A DNA stretch of 64,000 nucleotides from Deferribacteraceae bacterium UBA6799 (GTDB taxonomy: Bacteria > Chrysiogenota > Deferribacteres > Deferribacterales > Geovibrionaceae): the NCBI GenBank assembly GCA_002452335.1, contig DKFJ01000007.1, positions 66,571-130,570 of the forward strand. The letters run 5' to 3'. This document shows positions 30,007 through 38,776 of the stretch, in pieces. Below the pieces are notes generated by a model, which was given only the letters and a program-made list of their open reading frames with translations, ran no database searches and was not told where the DNA came from. The stretch's first letter is position 1; each line of letters begins with the position of its first letter. A program made the translations under genes and the position numbers.

Positions 30007-31458
30007 TCAGTCGGTTTCTATTCTGGATCTGCCGTTATCTTTGGCTCTGTAGAGTGCTTTGTCCGCTCGGTTGGTTATGGTGGTTTCGGTGTCGCCTTCG
30101 GTAAATTCGCTGATGCCTATACTGAGAGTGACCTTTGTTCCCTCCAGCAGGCTGAGAATCACAGAATCGGTTCTGACGTGCTCGTTTATCCTCTCGGCTA
30201 TCTGTATGGAGGACGTCATGGTTCCCTGCGTAAGAATGATGAACTCGTCACCGCCCCATCTGGCGAGCATATCGGTGTTTCTGATGCACGAAGCGGTTAT
30301 CTCTGATACTCTGGCAATTATTTTATCGCCTGTCAGATGTCCGAAGCTGTCGTTTATATCTTTAAAATAGTCGATATCGAACAGTACCATACAGAATCCC
30401 GTCCCATATCTTTTATTCTTAGCCACTGTGGCTTCAAAAATTCTGGAGAACTCACGTCTGTTGAATGTGCCTGTAAGGTGGTCTGTGGCCGCTATGCTCT
30501 CCAGCTGGCGCTGATAGTATCCAACGGCAAAAGAGATAATAACCATAACAACAACGGTCACCAGAAGCCCGAACAATAAGTTTTTGAAAAAATTAGCCTG
30601 TATGCTCTTCATGGCGGTATTCTGATTCTGAACCACCACCAGAAACCAGTCCAGCTCCGGAACATATCTGGATGTCAGCAGATAATGCACACCATCGCTG
30701 TTGTATTCGAAATTGCTGTAGAGCTGTGACACAGAGAGGAGCTGATCTGCGTATTCTCTGATACCTTCGGAATTTCTGATATTTTTATCTTTCAGCGAGA
30801 TATTCTTCGACCTGATCTGTATATCTCCCCGTGTATCCACCAGATATATCTCACGGTCGTATTTCACCTGATATTCCGACAGCATATTGGTTATGCGTTC
30901 CACATCCAGCCCCACGCCGGTTACGCCGAGCAGGTTATGGCTGTAGTCATAGACTCTGTGGTTTATAAAGATGGTCAGCCTGTTGTTCGCCGCCTGATTC
31001 TCATCTACCTCAAGAGCATAAGGAATATGCTTAGCCACGAAGTTGTAGTACCACTTGTCGTGGGCATCGTCTTTTGATATCTGTTTCAGTATTCCATTGT
31101 AATAATAGTAGTTTTTCGTATTTTCAGAGACGAAGAAAGTGGTGAAGAAGCTGTATTTTGTCATGATATGGTTCAGATATTTCTGGATGGATTCCTCTTC
31201 CTTCTCTCCTGATATCGTCCAGTCACGGACAAATGTGTCGTTCGCCATGGAAGACGCTATGAATATCGGCTTCATCAGATCCCGCTGAATCTCGGAATAG
31301 ATATTGTCCCTGGTCAGCGGCAGTGAAGTGTTTATGATATCGCTGCGCAGCGACTGTTTAGCTGTTTTATAGCTGATGAGGTTGGTAACAAAGAAACCCG
31401 CCGCCAATAAAACGGCAATGATAAATATTAGTCTGTTTTTCCCGGCTATGTGTTCCAA
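30007..31458 (-). CDS. diguanylate cyclase with a periplasmic Cache-like sensor
   Basis: Canonical GGDEF (ARWGGDEFIIL) with I-site RNTD. Two transmembrane segments flank a periplasmic domain of about 270 aa. Confidence 0.85.
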   Translation of the reverse strand: MEHIAGKNRLIFIIAVLLAAGFFVTNLISYKTAKQSLRSDIINTSLPLTRDNIYSEIQRDLMKPIFIASSMANDTFVRDWTISGEKEEESIQKYLNHIMTKYSFFTTFFVSENTKNYYYYNGILKQISKDDAHDKWYYNFVAKHIPYALEVDENQAANNRLTIFINHRVYDYSHNLLGVTGVGLDVERITNMLSEYQVKYDREIYLVDTRGDIQIRSKNISLKDKNIRNSEGIREYADQLLSVSQLYSNFEYNSDGVHYLLTSRYVPELDWFLVVVQNQNTAMKSIQANFFKNLLFGLLVTVVVMVIISFAVGYYQRQLESIAATDHLTGTFNRREFSRIFEATVAKNKRYGTGFCMVLFDIDYFKDINDSFGHLTGDKIIARVSEITASCIRNTDMLARWGGDEFIILTQGTMTSSIQIAERINEHVRTDSVILSLLEGTKVTLSIGISEFTEGDTETTITNRADKALYRAKDNGRSRIETD

Positions 31459-31560
31459 TTCGGTTCCCCGATGTAATAATGTTTTCTGGATTACTTATTA
31501 TATTTATACCACCCATGTCGTTTTAAGCAACCCAATAAAATATGAAATTTTATAACTGAA

Positions 31561-31595
31561 AAAAAAAGACCGGAAGGGATTTCCTTCCGGTCTTC
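31561..31595 (-). terminator. terminator of the encapsulin operon
   Basis: gaccggaagg-gattt-ccttccggtc preceded by a9 on the plus strand, which reads as a T-run on the minus-strand transcript. Confidence 0.75.
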
Positions 31596-31600
31596 ATGAT

Positions 31601-32401
31601 TTACTTAATAGAGAAGCCCACAACCGCTTCAGGTGTTATAACCCTGAAGGTGAAGGACTCCGTCAGAAACAGGTTGACCTTTTCGGAATCGTGGCTGTGA
31701 TATCCCACAGCGAAATCCTGTCCGATGGTCAGCTCAAGGTCGCCCTCTCTGTCCGCCACCATGACAGCTCCGTCCACAGCCTCGGAATAGATAATGTCGC
31801 CTTTGATCTGTTCTTTCACTATGTCGCCGAGTGCTCCGCCGGGAACCACATGGGCGAGGAATTTCCACAGAGCGGGAGACACCACAAGGTTAGCCCCTGT
31901 TTTTATCCCCTCTTTTCTCATGCGTCCCTGCGCTTCGGACAAAGCTTCCACTATGCTGTCCTTGTCCAGCGCCATAGCTATTCTGTCTTTTGCCGCGATC
32001 TGATTCAATCCAACTATACCGCCGCTCTTGAATCCGTTAAAAACAGCAGTCTCTTCGAAAGCCGCCATCTTTCTGGCCGCTTCAGTCAGAGCATCGAACT
32101 GAATGTCTTTCGCTCCTCTTTCGATATTGTCCAGCTCCCAGATGTTCAGCGAAAAATTAACCCTCGCCTCCACCAATGGAAGAACCTTGTTAACGCCGTA
32201 CTGAACGCCGTCTTTTTTCTGTCCGGACGGTATATCTAAACGACCGAGGCTCACACAGGCATAGTCTACGCCTTTTGGACCTTCTACGTCGGAAAATTTT
32301 CTTGCGGAAAGATTTGCTGTCAGTGTTGCCTTGGCGAGTGAGGCTATTTCGTCCCACGCCGCTCCGCTGACTGGTGCATATTCTTTTCTGAGAAGACTCA
32401 T
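31601..32401 (-). CDS. Family 1 encapsulin nanocompartment shell protein (HK97 fold, linocin-like)
   Basis: MSLLRKEYAPVSGAAWDEI...LWELDNIERGAKD...GDLELTIGQDFAVGYHSHDSEKVNLFLTESFTFRVITPEAVV is collinear with Thermotoga maritima encapsulin (...LWELDNLERGKPN...[41 protein letters not shown]). Confidence 0.85.
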   Translation of the reverse strand: MSLLRKEYAPVSGAAWDEIASLAKATLTANLSARKFSDVEGPKGVDYACVSLGRLDIPSGQKKDGVQYGVNKVLPLVEARVNFSLNIWELDNIERGAKDIQFDALTEAARKMAAFEETAVFNGFKSGGIVGLNQIAAKDRIAMALDKDSIVEALSEAQGRMRKEGIKTGANLVVSPALWKFLAHVVPGGALGDIVKEQIKGDIIYSEAVDGAVMVADREGDLELTIGQDFAVGYHSHDSEKVNLFLTESFTFRVITPEAVVGFSIK

Positions 32402-32415
32402 CGTATCCTCCTTAA

Positions 32416-32775
32416 TTACTTATTTTTCAGGCTGCCGATCCCCAGATCCTGTCCGGAGGCAGGCTCCGTCTGGGATGCTCCGGAGAGGAACTCTTCCTCC
32501 ACCTCTTTTGCTCCCATCTGATAAAAATTCTCTTCCTCGGGATCCAGCTCTTTTAGCAGTCTCAGGAATTCTCCGGCGTGAACCTTTTCCTCATCGGCTA
32601 TATCCAGAAGAACCTGCTGAGCCAGCTTGTTGTCTGTTGATTCCGCCAGCTGCTGATAAAGCTGAATAGCCTCATATTCCGCCGCAACCATAAATCTGAT
32701 AGCCCTGACAAGCTCTGTGTCAGTCAGTTTTCTGTCGTGCTGTAACCCGCTGAAAGGGTGTCCGAAATCCGGCAT
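32416..32775 (-). CDS. encapsulated ferritin-like cargo protein (EncFtn) with C-terminal targeting peptide
   Basis: Ferritin-like four-helix motif (AAEYEAIQLYQQLA...DIADEEKVHAGEF), a linker and the C-terminal ...SGQDLGIGSLKNK, which matches the encapsulin targeting-peptide consensus. It lies immediately upstream of the shell gene. Confidence 0.8.
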   Translation of the reverse strand: MPDFGHPFSGLQHDRKLTDTELVRAIRFMVAAEYEAIQLYQQLAESTDNKLAQQVLLDIADEEKVHAGEFLRLLKELDPEEENFYQMGAKEVEEEFLSGASQTEPASGQDLGIGSLKNK

Positions 32776-32878
32776 ACGCTCCTCCTTTTTGCTGCTGTAT
32801 ATCTAGTTCAGGAACTCTGTTTTTTATAACGTTTATACTGTCTTTATAAATATACCTGCATTATGGCTTATTGAAAAG

Positions 32879-32892
32879 GATAATTTTTATCA
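32879..32892. promoter_or_regulatory. candidate Fur/PerR-type 7-1-7 box upstream of the encapsulin operon
   Basis: GATAATtTTTATCA compared with TGATAATnATTATCA. Confidence 0.3.
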
Positions 32893-33029
32893 AAAACACG
32901 TCTTTTCTAAATTTTTGCTTTATTGAGCGGTAATTGCGTTCTAAAAAATATTACACCTATATCTTATCGTTTGCGTGGACAAGAGATGAAGATAGTGTAT
33001 AATTCTGCTTAAAAATCGCAGGTGAAAAT

Positions 33030-33344
33030 ATGTCAGAATTTGATAACGTTACCATAGTCAGAGAGGCTAATGTCTACTTTGACGGAAAAGTAGTAAGCCG
33101 CACTGTAAAATTTGAAGACGGTACAACAAAAACTCTCGGATTCATGCAGGTTGGCGAATATACATTCAGCACAAAAGCTGCCGAAGTTATGGAGATTCTG
33201 GGGGGCGAGCTGGACGTTGTTCTGCCCGGCAGAGACGAGATGCTCATAATCAAAGGCAAAGGCGTCTTTGAGGTTCCCGCCGACTCATCCTTCACCATGT
33301 TTGTTAAAGTTCCCGCAGATTACTGCTGTTCATACGCAAAATAA
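33030..33344 (+). CDS. ppnP: pyrimidine/purine nucleoside phosphorylase (YaiE/PpnP, DUF1255 cupin)
   Basis: VYFDGKVVSRTV...GEYTFSTKAAEVMEILGGEL.VVLPG...VPADSSF...ADYCCSY is collinear with E. coli YaiE. Confidence 0.75.
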   Translation: MSEFDNVTIVREANVYFDGKVVSRTVKFEDGTTKTLGFMQVGEYTFSTKAAEVMEILGGELDVVLPGRDEMLIIKGKGVFEVPADSSFTMFVKVPADYCCSYAK

Positions 33345-33345
33345 C

Positions 33346-33376
33346 TAAAAGGCGGGCATCAGCCCGCCTTTTTTAT
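33346..33376 (+). terminator. rho-independent terminator after ppnP
   Basis: aaaaggcgggc-atca-gcccgcctttttt. Confidence 0.8.
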
Positions 33377-33462
33377 CTCTGCACCCGCTTATTCTTCAAT
33401 CAAACTGTCTGATTTTGATATTCAATATCATTATTTTCTTGACACTTTACGGGCTATTGTAT

Positions 33463-33480
33463 GATAATGATTATCATTAT
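33463..33480. promoter_or_regulatory. Fur box overlapping the -10 region of the AraC regulator promoter
   Basis: GATAATGATTATCATTAT compared with the consensus GATAATGATAATCATTATC. A TTGACA -35 element lies at 33439-33444. Confidence 0.55.
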
Positions 33481-33509
33481 TTTATATATTTCCGATGAGA
33501 GGTTGTAAA

Positions 33510-34559
33510 ATGCACGAAAAATTCCCGATGATGGGTATTGTCACAGAGAAGGACATAGCAGTTTATAAACTCAGAAACGACCAGGGTTCTTATGACGAAA
33601 TACCTGTCAGCAATCACTTTTTTGAAATGCACGGACTGAAGAGATATGTTGAGGAAATCGCCATTCAGAGCGGTCTGTCTGTTTTTTTAATCGATCTTCC
33701 CGCTGAGGCGGAGATAGAGATGGAATATACCGTAAACGAATGTCCGCTGGCTTTCGGAGTAACACTGGAATGTGATATGCACTCGGTATATTATAAAAAC
33801 GGCGCCCAGCTGATGACGGAGCACAAACAGCCGAACACACTTATTATCAGCAAGTCAAACAACTCAAGCGGCAAGAGCATAAAAGATAAAGGAAAGCCTG
33901 TGCAGGTCGTCAGTATCGCTTTTGATAAAAACCTGGCGAAGGTTCTGTTCAAAAACGAGCTGAGCTTTATCAAGCCTGAGCTCGAGGATTTCTTTCAGGA
34001 CAACGACCATTTTTATGAACTCACAGAGCATGCCTCCCCTGTTCAGATAGCCGCCGCCCGGTCCATAATGTCCTGTTCTCTGGCATCGCCCAAGAGAGAG
34101 CTGTTTATAAAATCTAAAGTCTTCGAGCTGATGAATCATATCTTCTCAGAGTTTTTTCTGAGCTCTTCAGACACATCAAAAAGATCAGTTCTCCAGCCCG
34201 GCGAAGTGGACAAGATAAAAGACATCAGAGACTACATATCCGAGAGGATAGATACTCCCCCCACCATAAACGAGCTGGCGAGACTGTCCGGCATCAACGA
34301 TTTCAAGCTGAAAGCAGGGTTTAAGGAAGTGTTCGGAACCACCGTATACGGATACATCCAGTCAGAAAAGATGACCAAAGCCAAGCTGATGCTGGAGACC
34401 GGAGAACACACCGTCAGCGAGATCGCCTGGACCATCGGCTATACAAACGTCAGTCACTTCATCAAGGCATTCAAGAAACACTATAACATCACCCCCGGTC
34501 AGATGCTTTATCATGTGAAAAGCGACATAACACAGAGCCGGATCAAATACTCCGTTTAG
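33510..34559 (+). CDS. AraC-family transcriptional regulator (PchR/YbtA-like position in the siderophore uptake locus)
   Basis: C-terminal double helix-turn-helix (INELARLSGINDFKLKAGFKEVFGTTVYGYI...TVSEIAWTIGYTNVSHFIKAFKKHYNITPGQ). The ATG at 33510 follows gagagg. Confidence 0.8.
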   Translation: MHEKFPMMGIVTEKDIAVYKLRNDQGSYDEIPVSNHFFEMHGLKRYVEEIAIQSGLSVFLIDLPAEAEIEMEYTVNECPLAFGVTLECDMHSVYYKNGAQLMTEHKQPNTLIISKSNNSSGKSIKDKGKPVQVVSIAFDKNLAKVLFKNELSFIKPELEDFFQDNDHFYELTEHASPVQIAAARSIMSCSLASPKRELFIKSKVFELMNHIFSEFFLSSSDTSKRSVLQPGEVDKIKDIRDYISERIDTPPTINELARLSGINDFKLKAGFKEVFGTTVYGYIQSEKMTKAKLMLETGEHTVSEIAWTIGYTNVSHFIKAFKKHYNITPGQMLYHVKSDITQSRIKYSV

Positions 34560-34639
34560 AGCTTATATCCCTCCCTCTGCGGGCAGAATAGACCTTCGGA
34601 TGAGCGTAAAATAAATATGCAATATTTTGGAGGTTTATA

Positions 34640-36711
34640 TGAAGAGATTTTTGAATCTGATTTGCGCCATCACAGTTATGGCGCTGTTTCAGGGAGTCTC
34701 CTTTGCTGATGATGTTCAGCTGGAGACCATCACCGTAACTGCGGAAAAAAGAGCCGCAGACCCGCAGGAAGTTCCCACGCCCATGAACGTAATGTCCGAC
34801 ACGTTTGTTCAGGACACAGGCATCGATACTATGCAGGACATGGCAAGATATGTTCCCAACATCATCCTCGATTCATGGGGGCTGAACCAGTCATGGGTTG
34901 TCTTCAGAGGCATGAGCGCCAGTGAATTTCTGGGAACCAGCTCCATGGTGCTGAACATAGACGGACTGTCGAGCGACAGCAACTACGGCTTCGACACATC
35001 ATTCGAGGATGTTGAGCGTGTGGAGGTGCTCAGAGGACCCCAGGGAACTCTTTACGGCAAAAACGCCATCAGCGGCGCCATCAACATAGTCACTAAAAAA
35101 CCCGGAAACGACTTCACCGGAATGGTGGGATTCTCCGCCGAGGAGAGAAACGGGCTCAAGGCAAAATTCGCCCTCTCAGGTCCTCTGAAAAAAGACAGAT
35201 TCTATATGGGGCTTTCCGGCGGATATGAGCAGACGGACGGATATCTGAACGATGAAACTCCGGGAGCCAAAGACAACATAGACGGACATGATAAACATTT
35301 TCTCACGCTGAAGCTGAGAGCCACCCCCGGCAAAGACAACGACATCATATTCAAATATTCGCACAACGAGGTAAACGGAGCCGCTCCTTCAGCGGTCTTT
35401 TCCAACACTCCCGGATATGACATATACACAGGGCTGACAGACAATGATTATGACGATTCAAAATCACTGACCGACTCACTTCTGCTGAATATGGAATTCA
35501 GAAGACAGTTCGCAGATATCACGTCTATCACGTCATATAAAAACGTGAACACAGACGAAACAGTGGTTATGGGCAGTGTCGGCGGAGCGAGCGCTATGGG
35601 TATTCAGGATTTCGAACTGCCCTCTTTCACTCAGGAGCTCCGAGTGGCGTCACACGGCGACAAAGGCACTAGATGGATCACAGGGCTCTTCTACGACAAC
35701 TCAAAATATGATGTAAGCGAGATGTCCAGCATATATGACTACACCGTCTATACCTTTGAATACAACTGGATGCCCGTAACAAAATCGCAGACCTACGCCG
35801 TTTTCGCCGAGGCCACAATTCCTCTGTTCACAGAAAAATTCTCCGTAACTCTCGGCGGCAGATATGAAAAGACTGAGAGGGAGATGGACTACAGGCTTGT
35901 CACCAGCATGAGCGGAGTAACGATGGCGGACGACAGCTATAGTGTGGACAAGGAATGGTCTTCTGTTCTGGGCAAGATTGCCTTCGCTTATGAACCGTCA
36001 GAAAACAGAAATTTTTACATGTCTCTCACACAGGGATATACCCCCGGCGGATTTAACTATACCACCGCCGATCCCGAGATAGCTGATTTCAACGAAACGA
36101 ACTCTCTTAACTATGAAATAGGGATCAAAACAAAGCTGCTGAACAACAGAGTGATGCTGAACGCCAATATCTTCCACTCTATATACGAAGATCTTCAGGT
36201 GATGGAAACCAACTATGTCTCAGGCATTTATTCCGTAAAAAACGCCGGGAAGGCACACACCACCGGTATAGAGACGGACATTCAGGCTAAGCTGACAAAG
36301 GGTCTGGATATTTTCCTCACAGCGGGGCTGATGGAAGCAAAATATGATGATTTCGAAATGAACACCGAGAATTTTGACGGCAACTACATGATAGGCGCTC
36401 CGAAATTCACAGGGACAGCCGGAGCCACATACAGACACTCATCAGGCTTCATGGGATCAGCGAGTATCAGACACACCAGCAAAACATACTACGCCAAATC
36501 AAACTCAGAACAAACGATTCAGGAGTCCTATGAAACTGTGAATGTGAAAGTGGGATATGAATCCATGAAAGGCTATGAGATATATCTCTTCGTCAGAAAC
36601 CTGACAGATGAAAAGTATTTCACCTATATGAGAGACGGAGGATCAAGCCTCGTCTATAACTATATCGGCGAACCGAGAACAGCCGGAATAGAAGTAAATT
36701 ACAGATTCTGA
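34640..36711 (+). CDS. TonB-dependent outer membrane receptor (siderophore-type)
   Basis: Signal peptide, plug domain (VERVEVLRGPQGTLYGKNAISGAINIV), a beta-barrel and a C-terminal Phe. RBS ggagg lies before the ATG at 34640. Confidence 0.9.
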
Positions 36712-36755
36712 TAAATACATCCCCCGCAGATCACGGTCTGCGGGGGCTCTTTCCG

Positions 36756-38012
36756 TTAAAACGAATATTTCATACCGACATAAACAAAATCATTTTCATT
36801 ATATCTGCCGTATATATCTTCTACTTGTCCGAAGATATCCATATATCCGGCTGTGAGCTCCAGATTGTCCCCGTATTTATAGCTGAAAAATAACTCTGCC
36901 GCACCGCTATTATCCGTAAAGTAAACCGTACTTCTGATCCCTGTCTTTAAGTCATCCTGAAAATATTTTTCACTGATTTCAAACGACACGCCTCTGGTCT
37001 CACGGTCTGACGGCAGGTCATCACCTTTTAGATATGTTCCGAAAAGCTGAAAATTCAAATATCCTGTGTTTCGAAAATTAATATCGTAACCCAGCACCCA
37101 TTCGTAATAATCATGTTTTTCAGGTATGTCAGTCTGCTGGACATATTTGCCGGGTTTAACGGACAGCTCCCCCCTGAGGGTGCTTTTTTCAAATCCGGCG
37201 GCGAAATTTATATCCAGCGCCGTCATAGGCTTATACTCCACGGTATAGATATTTCCGGCTCTTTTATAAAAAGGGCTGTCGTCGTATCCCGTGAAATATA
37301 TCAGCCCCAAATCCACACTGCCGAAAGTGCCGTAAACACGCATGGCAGCCTCCGCACCGTCCGGTTTGTCATCATAGTTTATGTCAATCAGTCCTGCCGC
37401 CTTTGCTTCATACATGGCTTTCAGAGATGGGTCGAGCCAGGGGTTACCGTATTCCGGCAGAGACATCACCTCGGCACGCGGAATCAGCACCAGCTCAAAT
37501 GTCAGCCTGTCTGCGGTATAGATAAAGTCAGTCAGCAGGATGGCTTCTCTGCTGTCAGAACGCGCGGTGGAAAAAAGGTTATCGGGATCTCTGGGGTTGA
37601 TAAGATCCAGCGGGTTGATGCCGTCTCCGGTTCCCCATCTCAGCATCTTTTTACCCGCTATCACGTCCAGCCTGCGGGTATCCAGAGTCAGATATGCCTC
37701 ATCCAGTCTGCCCGTCAGTTTATGACCGTATTCTTTTTCGAAATCGTTTTCCAGTATCACAGAGGCGTATTCACGAATCAGTTCCGTCTTATACTGCTGT
37801 TCCATAAAAAGCTTCTGCCTGTTCTGCAACGCTTCAGACTCAACGGTATAGTGCCTGTACGTCTCCTCCAGATAGCCGCTGACAGAAAAATTTTTCTGCT
37901 CAGCCGTCTCCATAACAGGAAAGCCGTCCGAGAAAAAATCATCGAACGGCTCTGCCGAAACAGACCCCGACAGGAGAAGCAGGGCCGCGAAACTATATAA
38001 AACTTTTATCAT
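36756..38012 (-). CDS. secreted outer-membrane-associated protein (DUF1302-like) encoded with the MMPL transporter
   Basis: Signal peptide MIKVLYSFAALLLLSGSVSA, beta-strand-rich sequence and a C-terminal ...YVGMKYSF. It is the third gene of the MMPL operon. Confidence 0.5.
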   Translation of the reverse strand: MIKVLYSFAALLLLSGSVSAEPFDDFFSDGFPVMETAEQKNFSVSGYLEETYRHYTVESEALQNRQKLFMEQQYKTELIREYASVILENDFEKEYGHKLTGRLDEAYLTLDTRRLDVIAGKKMLRWGTGDGINPLDLINPRDPDNLFSTARSDSREAILLTDFIYTADRLTFELVLIPRAEVMSLPEYGNPWLDPSLKAMYEAKAAGLIDINYDDKPDGAEAAMRVYGTFGSVDLGLIYFTGYDDSPFYKRAGNIYTVEYKPMTALDINFAAGFEKSTLRGELSVKPGKYVQQTDIPEKHDYYEWVLGYDINFRNTGYLNFQLFGTYLKGDDLPSDRETRGVSFEISEKYFQDDLKTGIRSTVYFTDNSGAAELFFSYKYGDNLELTAGYMDIFGQVEDIYGRYNENDFVYVGMKYSF

Positions 38013-38013
38013 G

Positions 38014-38775
38014 CTATCTCTTCAGATTACTGAGCTGAAAGACATCATCCGACACTCCTGTGTTATAAACCACGTTAGTGCGCTCCAGATAGGTCTTGTT
38101 GTCAGTACCTTCCGTGCGCATAACAGTTTTGGTATATGTCATAATACCGCTGATGTTTTTGAATCCGCCATAAAGGGCTGTCTTTATCAGTCTGCCCCGC
38201 TTGTCGAAATATTCTGTCTTGACCGGAAGAAAAAAACTGTCGTGTACCCACACACGTCTTTTGCCGTAGTTGGTCTCCTTCTTTTTCATCGGTACGGTCT
38301 CCAGAACATAACAGTCATATCCCCCGAATTTCTCTTTCTTCAGGAGAGTATGAGCGTCATCGTCCACCGCCCTCTTTTCTATATCTTCGTTAGCAAAGTC
38401 GGAACGCATGAACGAACCTTTTTTTCCTCCGCCTGAAATCCTTCTCGTCAGGTTCTCAGACGGCAGAAACATCCACATATCATCGTCCTTCTCCGTATCT
38501 TCGTACCCCCATGTCAGATACATGGTTCCCTGCACATCCGCCGGTTCCTCGAAGGTGATCAGCGTCCTGGTATCATCGCCGTATTTTTTGGAAACGCTGT
38601 CGATTCTGCGCACCAGCTTCATATTGCCACGTTCTATAAGCATCAGCATGTCCATTGAGCTGTCTCTGCTGGTGTCCACATCGTCCATCTTCTGATATAT
38701 TTCCCTGCCGGTCATCTCGGCGTAAGACGGCAAGGCAAACGCCACAAGCACCAGCAGTATGTATATTTTTTTCAT
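38014..38775 (-). CDS. LolA-like outer membrane lipoprotein-sorting-family protein (DUF1329-like)
   Basis: Signal peptide MKKIYILLVLVAFALPSYA in a 250-aa periplasmic protein. It is spaced 1 nt from both flanking genes. Confidence 0.55.
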   Translation of the reverse strand: MKKIYILLVLVAFALPSYAEMTGREIYQKMDDVDTSRDSSMDMLMLIERGNMKLVRRIDSVSKKYGDDTRTLITFEEPADVQGTMYLTWGYEDTEKDDDMWMFLPSENLTRRISGGGKKGSFMRSDFANEDIEKRAVDDDAHTLLKKEKFGGYDCYVLETVPMKKKETNYGKRRVWVHDSFFLPVKTEYFDKRGRLIKTALYGGFKNISGIMTYTKTVMRTEGTDNKTYLERTNVVYNTGVSDDVFQLSNLKR

Positions 38776-38776
38776 A

